Under the pieces are notes generated by a model that was given only the letters and a program-made list of their open reading frames with translations, did no database searches and was not told the DNA's origin. Source: a virus (lineage: Duplodnaviria > Caudoviricetes). From it: a DNA stretch of 64,000 nt. Each line of letters begins with the position of its first letter. Position 1 is the first letter of the stretch. This document shows positions 44,301-52,790 of this stretch, in pieces. Both the position numbers and the translations under genes were made by a program. Location of the stretch: the IMG/VR virus record IMGVR_UViG_2974630626_000001, positions 7,021-71,020 of that record; one strand, given 5' to 3'.

Positions 44301-44824
44301 AAATCCTGACAAGCGGACGCGAATGGTGCGCCGCGATAACAGCCGCCGCAATCGTCATGTTCGCACTTGCGATATGGCAAGGCGACGGACGATATGCCGG
44401 AATCGGCTGGCTCTGCGTCGTGGCCGCGCTCATAGCCGGTGTCGTGGGCATAAGCCAGGCAGTAGGCCGGGAAGGGCGCGAACTCAAGAAACACCTTGCC
44501 TTGTCTGATTATCGAACGCTTGAGTTCACGGACACGGCAACCCTCCCGGACAGCGCCGTGCTGGTGGACGCCACCGGGGTGCTGTGGCAGAAATGGACGC
44601 GCCCCGAAATCGGCGGCCCGTACCCCGTGTTCTTCCGCCCCGGCGCCATTGACCCCATCACCCTGACCGAGCTATTCGCCCATGGCCCTCTCAAGCTGCT
44701 GCGGGAGTCCACCGGGCAAGCCGAGTTTCACCCCCACCCCGATGCTGCCGCCTACACCCGGCACCCCTCAGAGCAAGCCCTGTACCAGGGCGGCGCAAAA
44801 CAGGCACGCGAGGGGCGAGAGTAG
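44297..44824 (+). CDS. Two-TM membrane protein with soluble C-terminal domain
   Basis: Two N-terminal hydrophobic helices; LPDSAVLVDATGVLWQK. Alternative start ATG 44285. Confidence 0.7.
   Translation: MKILTSGREWCAAITAAAIVMFALAIWQGDGRYAGIGWLCVVAALIAGVVGISQAVGREGRELKKHLALSDYRTLEFTDTATLPDSAVLVDATGVLWQKWTRPEIGGPYPVFFRPGAIDPITLTELFAHGPLKLLRESTGQAEFHPHPDAAAYTRHPSEQALYQGGAKQAREGRE
44797..44822 (+). promoter_or_regulatory. Middle-type promoter, leaderless geometry
   Basis: AAAACAGGCACG-N8-GAGAGT-N6-ATG(44829); embedded in the upstream CDS. Confidence 0.85.
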
Positions 44825-44828
44825 ACAC

Positions 44829-45020
44829 ATGGACAGCAACCACCCTGATATCCCAACCATGTCCCCCCTGGAACAAGACGCCCTTGGTGTCGTGTCTGTC
44901 GTGGAAGCCCTCACGAAAGCCGGTTTCACCGAGGACCAGAGCATGAAATATGTGGCGATCCGTTCCGCGGTGTCGCCCATCAACACGGACGCGTGCCCGA
45001 ACTGCGGCCACAAGCCATGA
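44829..45020 (+). CDS. Hypothetical protein (63 aa)
   Basis: ATG 20 nt after the box; terminal CPNCG. Confidence 0.7.
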   Translation: MDSNHPDIPTMSPLEQDALGVVSVVEALTKAGFTEDQSMKYVAIRSAVSPINTDACPNCGHKP

Positions 45021-45616
45021 ACGTGCGCGACTTCGACCCCAAACCCGCCGGCGAGGTGGTGCCCGATCCATTCGTGGACGGCACCACCAACAGGTGGATG
45101 CCCTTTGACCCCATCAAGGCCGCCATGGGCTACCACGCAGCCAGGGCATGGGCTTACGAACTCCAAACCCAGGAAGAACCAGAGAACACCAGCGCCGCCG
45201 CGCTCATGCTCGCTGAATACCACATTGCGGGGCTGTACTACGCCCATGTAACCGGGGGAATCCGGCCACGAGGCATTGCCGGTTGGAACCGAGGCATGAG
45301 GGAACGCCCCCACATCATTTCCTACAACATCCGGCACATGCTGGGATACCTTGGCATCGACAACCGCGACATAGCCCCATTCAAGTCCCGGGAACGCATC
45401 CAACGCGAGGCACTGGAAAAGCTTGTGCTGGACCTGCTCCACCACCAGGACATTGAGGGCGAGGCCGTGGACGTGCGCGGCCCCCATGGCTGGTACGACG
45501 TCGTTTCCGTGATCCAAGGGGCACTTCACCCCGACGCCCGAAAGGGTGACCCCAGCCTTATGCCCGGAATCCGCGAAAAGCTCGCAAACCTCACAGACAA
45601 GGAACCCACCGAATGA
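45017..45616 (+). CDS. Hypothetical protein
   Basis: ATGA-coupled, 199 aa. Confidence 0.7.
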   Translation: MNVRDFDPKPAGEVVPDPFVDGTTNRWMPFDPIKAAMGYHAARAWAYELQTQEEPENTSAAALMLAEYHIAGLYYAHVTGGIRPRGIAGWNRGMRERPHIISYNIRHMLGYLGIDNRDIAPFKSRERIQREALEKLVLDLLHHQDIEGEAVDVRGPHGWYDVVSVIQGALHPDARKGDPSLMPGIREKLANLTDKEPTE

Positions 45617-46590
45617 GCAACTGCATTGACCTGATCAAAGAGGCACGCCCGAACGCGCCCAAGGGTTCGTTCTACTCCTGCCCTCATGGCCGCGTGTACC
45701 GGCTCAAGCGCGGCGGCTGGAAGCTGCTTCGCAATCCGTGGCTTATCCGACGTGTGGAGCGGCAGCGCCGGGAAGCCCTCATGGAACGCGTCTTTGATGA
45801 ACTCTTGAGGACGTGCGAGGCCGCCGCCGAACGGGAAGCCGAACGCGAGGCACGCGCGGAAGCCAACCGAGAACACAACGCCAAGGCACGCAAACAGGCC
45901 CGGGACAAGTCACGCGCGGAATGGCAAGCCAAGCGCGAGGACGCCACGGACGGCAAGGGCAATGGCTACGTCAGCAACACCACCCCATGGTGGGCTGAGG
46001 AAGGGGACATTGACCCGGAAGCCTTGGCGGCCAACCTGGAACCCACCATTGGGCTGGAACGCGAGGACCACAAGCGCCGCGTCCTTGGGGTATTCCACGC
46101 CGCACGCCGCGCCGGCCGATCCTACAACGAGGCCGTGGACTACTCCGTGGAGCGCTACGCCGAAAACAACCACCTGAACAAGCACCTGGTCCACAACATG
46201 CTGCTTGAGGCTTACAACGAGGGCGCGGAAGCTTGGCCGCCCCGGGTGTCCCTGATCAAGGACGACGGCACCGACAAAACCCCGGAAGAAATCCGGGCCG
46301 ACGCCGCCGAAATCAACGCAGCCGTGGCCGAATTCAAGGCAGCACGAGGCGGCGAAATCAAGCCGATTATCGGCGTTGAAATTGAGGAAGACGGCAATGG
46401 AGGTTTCCGGGAAACGGGAAACATCAAGGTGGAGCTATCCCCCGCTGTGGCCGTGGATGCTGACGGCACCCGCCGCCCCGCCCCGGTAATCAGTGTCAAC
46501 CTGTCCGGCGTCGCCCCGGAAGACCGGGAAGCTGCGGCCCGTGCCGCTGCTGACGCCGCCATTGAGGAACAGATACGGCGTGGGCTGTAA
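45613..46590 (+). CDS. Hypothetical protein (325 aa)
   Basis: ATGA-coupled; charged helical segment. Confidence 0.75.
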   Translation: MSNCIDLIKEARPNAPKGSFYSCPHGRVYRLKRGGWKLLRNPWLIRRVERQRREALMERVFDELLRTCEAAAEREAEREARAEANREHNAKARKQARDKSRAEWQAKREDATDGKGNGYVSNTTPWWAEEGDIDPEALAANLEPTIGLEREDHKRRVLGVFHAARRAGRSYNEAVDYSVERYAENNHLNKHLVHNMLLEAYNEGAEAWPPRVSLIKDDGTDKTPEEIRADAAEINAAVAEFKAARGGEIKPIIGVEIEEDGNGGFRETGNIKVELSPAVAVDADGTRRPAPVISVNLSGVAPEDREAAARAAADAAIEEQIRRGL

Positions 46591-46688
46591 GCTGAACCCA
46601 AGTGGTTCCCCAACCGTGGGGCCGGGGCAATGGACGAACTCACACCCCGGTTGAATGGCCCGGGCGGCACCCCAACGCGGAACCATCA

Positions 46689-46728
46689 GAAAGACCCCCG
46701 GAAGTTCTAGACACTCCGGGGGTCTTTC
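46689..46728 (+). terminator. Intrinsic terminator-like hairpin
   Basis: GAAAGACCCCCGGA/TCCGGGGGTCTTTC perfect 14-bp stem. Confidence 0.75.
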
Positions 46729-46821
46729 GCTGCCCGGACATGTAAAGAATCAGCCCGTTTTCTTACACTTCGCGGCAAATTGTAAAGATTGCTTACACGT
46801 TCCTACCGGCGAGCCCTGACA

Positions 46822-46847
46822 AAAACAGGCACGGCAGCCCAGAGAAT
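46822..46847 (+). promoter_or_regulatory. Middle-type promoter, leaderless geometry
   Basis: AAAACAGGCACG-N8-GAGAAT-N6-ATG(46854). Confidence 0.85.
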
Positions 46848-46853
46848 GGGGAT

Positions 46854-47660
46854 ATGCAACCCATCTACCCCATAGACGCCCTATGTGACCTGATCCGATC
46901 ACATGGCCATGAGCTCCCGGACGAACTCACCAGCGCTGAACTGTTCGCCGGCTACGGCGGCCTAGCGCAAGCAATTGAACGAGGATTCAAAGCACGCACC
47001 ATATGGCTTAGCGAGTTCGAGCCAGCACCGTCCAAGATTCTGGCCCACCACTTCCCGGACGCCCCGAACCACGGCGATGTAACAAAGATCGACTGGGACA
47101 GGGTGGAGCGCCCCAACCTCATGGGCGGCGGGTTCCCGTGCCAGGACGTGAGCCTTGCCGGTCTGCGCAAGGGCTTGACCGCCGACACCCGCTCCGGTCT
47201 GTGGTTCCACTTCCTCAAGGGAATCGTGGCACTGCAGCCCGAATTCGTGCTATTCGAGAACGTCCGCGGCATCCTTTCCGCCAAGTCCGTGAGGGACATG
47301 GAAAGCACCCCGGAAGTCCTGGACCTTGACGCCGAACTGCTCGAACTGACCAACGCCCGTGACGCCCTCCACACAGAATTGGATGCCCTCTATGACCACG
47401 CAAGCCACGCTGAATTCAACGCCATTGAAGCCCGTCTTTCTGGCCTCCTGGAACAGCGAGAGGGGATTGTGGGAGGGGAACCAGATGGACCTATTCAGCG
47501 GGCTCTCGGAACCGTACTCGGAGACTTGGCCGATGCAGGGTATGACGCGCAATGGTGTGGCCTACGCGCTGCCGACGTGGGCGCCCCACATGGGCGTTTC
47601 CGGGTTTTCGGGCTCGGAGTCCGACGCGACCTCCTCAACCCTGTTGAAGACGCCCACTAG
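46854..47660 (+). CDS. C5-cytosine DNA methyltransferase, catalytic part (motifs I-VIII)
   Basis: ELFAGYGG (I), GGFPCQD (IV), FENVRG (VI), AADVGAPHGRFRVF (VIII); motifs IX-X absent. Confidence 0.9.
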   Translation: MQPIYPIDALCDLIRSHGHELPDELTSAELFAGYGGLAQAIERGFKARTIWLSEFEPAPSKILAHHFPDAPNHGDVTKIDWDRVERPNLMGGGFPCQDVSLAGLRKGLTADTRSGLWFHFLKGIVALQPEFVLFENVRGILSAKSVRDMESTPEVLDLDAELLELTNARDALHTELDALYDHASHAEFNAIEARLSGLLEQREGIVGGEPDGPIQRALGTVLGDLADAGYDAQWCGLRAADVGAPHGRFRVFGLGVRRDLLNPVEDAH

Positions 47661-48972
47661 CCAACTCGCTACCAACGGCGGCAGCCAGCACCCGGACAAG
47701 CGCAAAGCCGGTGGCCACGGCCCCACCCTTGCTGACGAAGTGGAACACAAGATTCTGCCCACCCCACGAGGCAGCGACGGGCTGGCCGGACCTGACCCCC
47801 TGGAACGCCCCGAATACCGGGACGACGTGGCCACCCGCGTGAAACGACACCTCACCCCCGTGGAACCCGTGCCGGAAGAATCCCTTTTGCTCACCCCGGT
47901 GGCCATTGAGGGCACGAAACCCAGCAACGTCATGGGCGTGGACCGTCGCCTTTCCACCGGGCAGCTGTTCCTCACCAATCAGATTGTCAGCCTCATGGGG
48001 CTGGACCCGTCCGAGGAAGCCGCCAAGCTGCTGCCGACGCCCACGACTCAGGAAACGAAGTCGGGGCCGTCTCAGGCGAGCCGCAACACGCCCCCGCTCA
48101 ACTCAGTGGTTACGGACTTACTGCCAACCCCCATTGCATCCGATGGGAAGGGCACGGGGCCGGCTGACCTCAACCGGGAAACCGTCCAGTTGCGAGCTAT
48201 CACCGGGCTGCTGCCCACGCCCATGTGTGGGGACGCCAAACAGGCGCGCAACAGCACCGCCAACCGCAACAAAATACCGCCCACCGGGGTGCACGCCGGC
48301 GACACCCTCACTGACGTGCTGGTGCCCAACGGCAATACCCCGATCCTGCCCACACCCAAGGGCAGCGACGGCGAAAAGGGCGGCCCCAACCAGCGCGGAA
48401 GCTCCGGGGATTACGCCCTACCGGCCATTGGCCACCTCCTGCCAACCCCGGCAGCCAACGACAGTGGCAACACCCCGGAAGAACACCTGCGGAAGAAACC
48501 CGGGCGCACCCAAGTGACCAGCCTCCAGGTCATAGCCGACCATGGCCTCATTGAAACCGGGGGCAAGATTCTGCCCACCCCCACTGTGGGGAACGCGACG
48601 GGCGGGAACGCGCAACGCGGCGGTGACAGGTCCGATGAAAAGCTGTTGCCCGGGCTGGCCGTCGAAATGAGCGAGGAACCCGGCGCGATCAACTGGGGCG
48701 CCTATGCCCCGGCCATTGAGCGGTGGGAACGCGTCCTCGGTTCCCCGGCCCCAGCCCCCACGATCCCCACCGGACGCGACGGCGCGCAACGCCTCAACCC
48801 CGCCTTTGTGGAATGGATGATGGGCTTGGACTCCGGGCACGTCACTGGGGTGGAAATCCCCCGTTCTGCCATGCTCAAAGCCCTTGGCAACGGCGTTTGC
48901 CCCCAGCAAGCCGAAACCGCCATTCATCATCTGCTGTGGGGATTCGTGCGAGCATACGGACTGGCCGCATGA
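47425..48972 (+). CDS. C5-cytosine methyltransferase second part (variable region + motifs IX-X), overlapping frame
   Basis: RLNPAFVEWMMGL and MLKALGNGVCPQQA; nine xLPTP repeats. Start uncertain (47359, TTG 47425, or ATG 47485 with SD GGGAGGGG). Confidence 0.85.
   Translation: MKPVFLASWNSERGLWEGNQMDLFSGLSEPYSETWPMQGMTRNGVAYALPTWAPHMGVSGFSGSESDATSSTLLKTPTSQLATNGGSQHPDKRKAGGHGPTLADEVEHKILPTPRGSDGLAGPDPLERPEYRDDVATRVKRHLTPVEPVPEESLLLTPVAIEGTKPSNVMGVDRRLSTGQLFLTNQIVSLMGLDPSEEAAKLLPTPTTQETKSGPSQASRNTPPLNSVVTDLLPTPIASDGKGTGPADLNRETVQLRAITGLLPTPMCGDAKQARNSTANRNKIPPTGVHAGDTLTDVLVPNGNTPILPTPKGSDGEKGGPNQRGSSGDYALPAIGHLLPTPAANDSGNTPEEHLRKKPGRTQVTSLQVIADHGLIETGGKILPTPTVGNATGGNAQRGGDRSDEKLLPGLAVEMSEEPGAINWGAYAPAIERWERVLGSPAPAPTIPTGRDGAQRLNPAFVEWMMGLDSGHVTGVEIPRSAMLKALGNGVCPQQAETAIHHLLWGFVRAYGLAA
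47641..48660 (+). repeat. Nine tandem [L/I]LPTP modules
   Basis: Starts at 47641, 47752, 47884, 48028, 48118, 48208, 48343, 48436, 48568. Confidence 0.8.
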
Positions 48973-49019
48973 CATACTGGTGTTGCTGCTGACGCAAACA
49001 CTAAGCCCCTCAAGGCTGG

Positions 49020-49049
49020 AAAGCCCCCCGCTCCAACGGGGGGCTTTTC
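49020..49049 (+). terminator. Intrinsic terminator
   Basis: AAAGCCCCCCG/CGGGGGGCTTTT. Confidence 0.8.
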
Positions 49050-49057
49050 GTTGCGCA

Positions 49058-49083
49058 AAAACAGGCACGCGCCGGGACAGAAT
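49058..49083 (+). promoter_or_regulatory. Middle-type promoter, leaderless geometry
   Basis: AAAACAGGCACG-N8-CAGAAT-N6-ATG(49090). Confidence 0.85.
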
Positions 49084-49089
49084 GGGATC

Positions 49090-50679
49090 ATGACCATTGA
49101 AACCCCAGACTTTGCCGCTGTCGCTGACGCCCTGAACCGTGACAACGAAATCCCGATGCCAGCCCCGGAAATCCACTACCAGGACGCCAACGTGACCTTG
49201 TGGCATGGCGATTGTGTGGACGTACTCAAGCAACTGCCTGACAACAGCGTCGACGCCGTCGTCACGGACCCGCCGTATGGCATCCGGTTTATGGGCAAGG
49301 CATGGGACGGCGAGGACATAGAGGAAATGACCGCCAAGCGTCGCGCGTCCGCGCCCATGCCGGACGGCACAGGCGGCCCGAACGGCGGATATCAGTCCGC
49401 AAGCACCGAGGCCGGACGCTACCGGCAGAACCTCACAGCCAACCAAGCCTTTGGCGAATGGTGCCTTGAATGGACCCGCGAGTGCTTCCGAGTCCTGAAA
49501 CCGGGCGGCCACATTCTCGCGTTCGGCGGTTCCAGGACGTGGCACCGGCTCGCATCGGCTGTGGAAGATGCCGGGTTTGAGATTCGCGACTCAATCGCAT
49601 GGCTCTACGGATCCGGGTTCCCCAAGTCCATGGATATCAGCAAGGCAATCGACAAAATGCGCCACGAGGGGCCGGACAAGCTCAAAGTCACCACCTGGCT
49701 GGCCGATCAAGCCGAGGCCAACGGCATCACCCGCCGAATGCTGGACATTGCCATGGGAACCAGCGACATGGGCGGCTGGTGGCTTTCCCGTCTCGAACAC
49801 CGCTGCCAAGTGCCCACCATGGAGCAAATCCCCCGCGTGCTGGCCACCCTTGGCGTGGAAGCTGAGGACGTGCCGGAAGATATCCAAGCCCTGATATTCG
49901 AGCTCAACGGCGCCAAGGGCACCCCGGGCAAGGCATGGCTGGAACGCGAGGTAATCGGCACCCGCGAAACCGGGGACGCCCTGGGTTGGCTGCAATCCAC
50001 TGGCAGCACCACCAAGACCGTGGACGTGACGGCCGCAGCATCCGACGCAGCCAAGCAATGGGAAGGCTGGGGCACGACGTTGAAGCCGTCCTTTGAGCCT
50101 GTCGTGGTAGGCCGCAAGCCCATGCGCCTGACGACGGCGGCCAACGTCATGAAGCACGGGACCGGGGGCATGAACATTGCCGCCACCCGGGTGGGCGAGG
50201 AAGAACGCACCAACAAAGCCGGCAGTGAGTCCAGCTTGCACCGCTTCACCCGCGTGGAACAGGGCTACCGGGACACCCCCACCGTCTTTGCCGAGGGCGA
50301 AGCCGAAACCGTGGAAGGCCGCTGGCCAACCAACGTGATCTTGGATCCGTTCACCGCTGGCATGCTCCACCAGCAAGAGGCCGACGCCCACCAGTTCTTC
50401 CCGATCTTCGAGTATGAGGCCAAAGCCCCCGCCAAGGAACGCCCCACCGTCGACGGCGTATCCCACCCCACAGTGAAGCCCCTGGACCTCATGCGCTGGC
50501 TTATCCGGCTCGTGACCCCGCCCGGTGGCACCATCCTGGAACCCTTCGCCGGGTCCGGCACCACAGCCGAGGCCGCCGTCATGGAGGGCATGCAGTGCAT
50601 AGCCGTGGAACGGGAAACCGACTATCTGCCCCTGATCCGGCACCGGCTCGAAAAGCCCATTGCCGTGGCCATGTTCTAG
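49090..50679 (+). CDS. N6-adenine/N4-cytosine DNA methyltransferase (beta class) with inserted HTH-like domain
   Basis: LWHGDC, VTDPPY, HPTVKPLDLM, ILEPFAGSGTT; the catalytic-motif-before-SAM-motif order indicates beta class. Confidence 0.9.
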   Translation: MTIETPDFAAVADALNRDNEIPMPAPEIHYQDANVTLWHGDCVDVLKQLPDNSVDAVVTDPPYGIRFMGKAWDGEDIEEMTAKRRASAPMPDGTGGPNGGYQSASTEAGRYRQNLTANQAFGEWCLEWTRECFRVLKPGGHILAFGGSRTWHRLASAVEDAGFEIRDSIAWLYGSGFPKSMDISKAIDKMRHEGPDKLKVTTWLADQAEANGITRRMLDIAMGTSDMGGWWLSRLEHRCQVPTMEQIPRVLATLGVEAEDVPEDIQALIFELNGAKGTPGKAWLEREVIGTRETGDALGWLQSTGSTTKTVDVTAAASDAAKQWEGWGTTLKPSFEPVVVGRKPMRLTTAANVMKHGTGGMNIAATRVGEEERTNKAGSESSLHRFTRVEQGYRDTPTVFAEGEAETVEGRWPTNVILDPFTAGMLHQQEADAHQFFPIFEYEAKAPAKERPTVDGVSHPTVKPLDLMRWLIRLVTPPGGTILEPFAGSGTTAEAAVMEGMQCIAVERETDYLPLIRHRLEKPIAVAMF

Positions 50680-50681
50680 CC

Positions 50682-50831
50682 ATGAAGTGCGCAAACTGTG
50701 GCGTGGAACTGAACGCAGACGGAACCCGGCACCACAACGACATTCTGTTCTGCGCATTCGCATCATGGCCGATTGACTGGTACGACCAGCGGACAGCGAA
50801 ACAGGCACCAACGGACATAGGCTCGGAATAA
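50682..50831 (+). CDS. Small Cys/His protein (49 aa)
   Basis: MKCANCG...HH...C. Confidence 0.55.
   Translation: MKCANCGVELNADGTRHHNDILFCAFASWPIDWYDQRTAKQAPTDIGSE
50798..50823 (+). promoter_or_regulatory. Middle-type promoter (degenerate box)
   Basis: GAAACAGGCACC-N8-TAGGCT; leadered, upstream of 50852. Confidence 0.65.
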
Positions 50832-50851
50832 GCCACAACGAAAGGACCACC

Positions 50852-51469
50852 ATGGCATTGAGCGAGACATACACGGACGGGGCAGCCGCCCCCGAATGGG
50901 TCAAGGAAGGCGGCACCGTAGCCGTCTGCCAGCGCACCCACTACGGCGTATCGCATTCCGTGAACAAAGGCTATGTGGAGCGACTGACCAAAACCCAAGT
51001 GATCCTGAACGACGGGCGCCGGTTCAGTCTCAAGAACGGGTTACGCCAAGTAGGTGACTCGAAACGCGACCCTTACGGACCCGGGCCGTTGTTCCTGGCT
51101 GATTGGGACAGCACCGCCGTGAAGGAAGCTTTGCGGGAACAGTTCCTGCGGAACACCGCCGATCAGATCGGGGCGAAAGCCCGGGCGTTCGCCTCCGAAC
51201 CAGACGGCAAGAAAGCCGTTGAGCTCATAGACCTGCTTAGCCGGTGGGCAAAGCGGGACGGCATGGAGGTGCCCAACGAACTGGCCGCCGAACTCAAGGA
51301 AGCCCGGGCGAAGCTCAACCCGGACCCGGACATGGTGGACGCCATGGCCGCTGACCTGGCCGAGGCGTTCAACTTCCCAAGCAAGCGCTACGCACGCCAA
51401 GAAGTCCGCTTTGTGCTGGCCCTAGCGAGAGGGGAAGACCCAAATGGCAGTGACGTGCGAATCCTGTAA
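50852..51469 (+). CDS. Hypothetical protein (205 aa)
   Basis: SD GAAAGGA; VERLTKTQV motif. Confidence 0.8.
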   Translation: MALSETYTDGAAAPEWVKEGGTVAVCQRTHYGVSHSVNKGYVERLTKTQVILNDGRRFSLKNGLRQVGDSKRDPYGPGPLFLADWDSTAVKEALREQFLRNTADQIGAKARAFASEPDGKKAVELIDLLSRWAKRDGMEVPNELAAELKEARAKLNPDPDMVDAMAADLAEAFNFPSKRYARQEVRFVLALARGEDPNGSDVRIL

Positions 51470-51671
51470 GCCTGACCTCTCCGGTGCCCCGTGGTGCCGT
51501 CAGCACCGTTGTGATTGCAACATTATGTGTGGCCACCGGGGCTTTGAACGGCCCCACATATTCGCCCCCGGGGAATGGTGTGGCGGCAATGATGTGACAT
51601 GGCGGGAACGCCGCGCGTTCGGCAACTGCCGGGTGCACGAAACCAGCGAAGAAAGGCCAACCAATGCGTGA
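51444..51671 (+). CDS. Cys-rich small protein
   Basis: 75 aa with eight Cys and several His. Confidence 0.55.
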   Translation: MAVTCESCKPDLSGAPWCRQHRCDCNIMCGHRGFERPHIFAPGEWCGGNDVTWRERRAFGNCRVHETSEERPTNA

Positions 51672-52089
51672 CAGTCACACCATCCGGGTCCGGGTGTCCC
51701 TGACGTTCGAGGAATTGGACCAGAACGGCACCGTGGTGCGCCGGTCAAATGACCGTTTCGGGGTAAGCCACGACCTGACCACCACCAGCGAGGTCATGGC
51801 ACGCTTTCCCCACATGCCAGCCACCTACGCGGCCAACAAGGTGGGTCACAGTATCGCGGACGCCCTGAATCAGGTATTGCCGCCGTTCCTGGACGGCAAG
51901 ACCGGGCAAGCGTTCTGCCCCTCCACGATCCACGAGGGCAAAGAGGTGGCCGCGCCTGTTGGCGGTCTGTTCATCAACCATTGGAACCCCGAACGAAACG
52001 CCCGGGTTTGGTACTGCGAGGAATGCGCCGCCATGGGCGAGCTCACAGGCTTGTTCGAGCGAGACAAGGGCAACGAAAATGGCGGCTGA
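51664..52089 (+). CDS. Hypothetical protein
   Basis: SD GAAAGG; 141 aa; C..CEEC. Confidence 0.7.
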   Translation: MRDSHTIRVRVSLTFEELDQNGTVVRRSNDRFGVSHDLTTTSEVMARFPHMPATYAANKVGHSIADALNQVLPPFLDGKTGQAFCPSTIHEGKEVAAPVGGLFINHWNPERNARVWYCEECAAMGELTGLFERDKGNENGG

Positions 52090-52375
52090 GGTCCACACGC
52101 CCGTGCCCGTGCAAGCGCACAAGATGAAGCCCGATATTGAGATTGACGAAGACGGGGTTACCTGGCTGTTCGTGGAAACGCAGTATGGCAAGTACAAAGC
52201 GAACCACGCCGTCATGACCGCCCCGCCGTTCTCCACTGTTGCGGACCCAATCACCCGCAACCTTGGCTTTGACCCCGGGACTATCGACCCGTCAGGGGTT
52301 CGGTGGTCCAGCACGATCTACAGCGACATGGCTTTCAAGCCGCAGCCCGGGCCAATCCGGTTTGACGTGCTGTGA
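52079..52375 (+). CDS. Hypothetical protein
   Basis: 98 aa; overlaps the upstream stop region. Confidence 0.65.
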   Translation: MAAEVHTPVPVQAHKMKPDIEIDEDGVTWLFVETQYGKYKANHAVMTAPPFSTVADPITRNLGFDPGTIDPSGVRWSSTIYSDMAFKPQPGPIRFDVL

Positions 52376-52474
52376 CCGAGAAACCCGGCCCCCGGCCCGT
52401 AACGAACCCCTACCAAGACCCTGTTGGCCGCGCCCTGGTCAACGGCATCATCAAACGAAAGAGAGAGCGAGACA

Positions 52475-52759
52475 ATGCAGAACCCAACGTACCCGGACCC
52501 CGCGAACGCGCCCCTGAACACGGACCCCGTGACACTCCCGGAAGTGGGGGACTTGGTGCTGTACAACACCAAGATGGGCGGCGGCGTGAAAGTGCCAGCC
52601 GTCGTGACGGCGCTCATTGACGACCGGGTGTGTCTCAACATCATGTACCCGCCCCACATCGTGGAAGACCCCATCGACTTCGAGCAGACCGAGGTCAAGG
52701 GAACCATCACTTACCGGCCCGGTTCCGGGATCCCAGGACGCTGGGAACCGCGCCCGTAA
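52475..52759 (+). CDS. Hypothetical SH3-like protein
   Basis: LPEVGDLVLY...PAVVT...V.LNI; 94 aa. Confidence 0.65.
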   Translation: MQNPTYPDPANAPLNTDPVTLPEVGDLVLYNTKMGGGVKVPAVVTALIDDRVCLNIMYPPHIVEDPIDFEQTEVKGTITYRPGSGIPGRWEPRP

Positions 52760-52784
52760 AAACAGGCACGCCGCTGCTTAGTGT
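52759..52784 (+). promoter_or_regulatory. Middle-type promoter, leaderless geometry
   Basis: AAAACAGGCACG-N8-TAGTGT-N6-ATG(52791). Confidence 0.85.
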
Positions 52785-52790
52785 GAGGGT

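Noticed and set aside
46603-46689. tRNA-like fold (7-bp TGGTTCC/GGAACCA stem)
   Set aside because: No TTCGA T-loop and no recognisable D or anticodon arms; kept only as a generic structured element.
47640-47660. Programmed +1 frameshift fusing the two C5 methyltransferase ORFs
   Set aside because: At GCC-CAC-TAG the His tRNA could not re-pair in the +1 frame, and the second ORF has its own SD/ATG. Not fully excluded without proteomics.
52372-52620. 82-aa ORF coupled to the upstream stop
   Set aside because: It overlaps the better-supported 52475-52759 ORF by 146 nt and its C-terminal half reads as an off-frame translation; not called.
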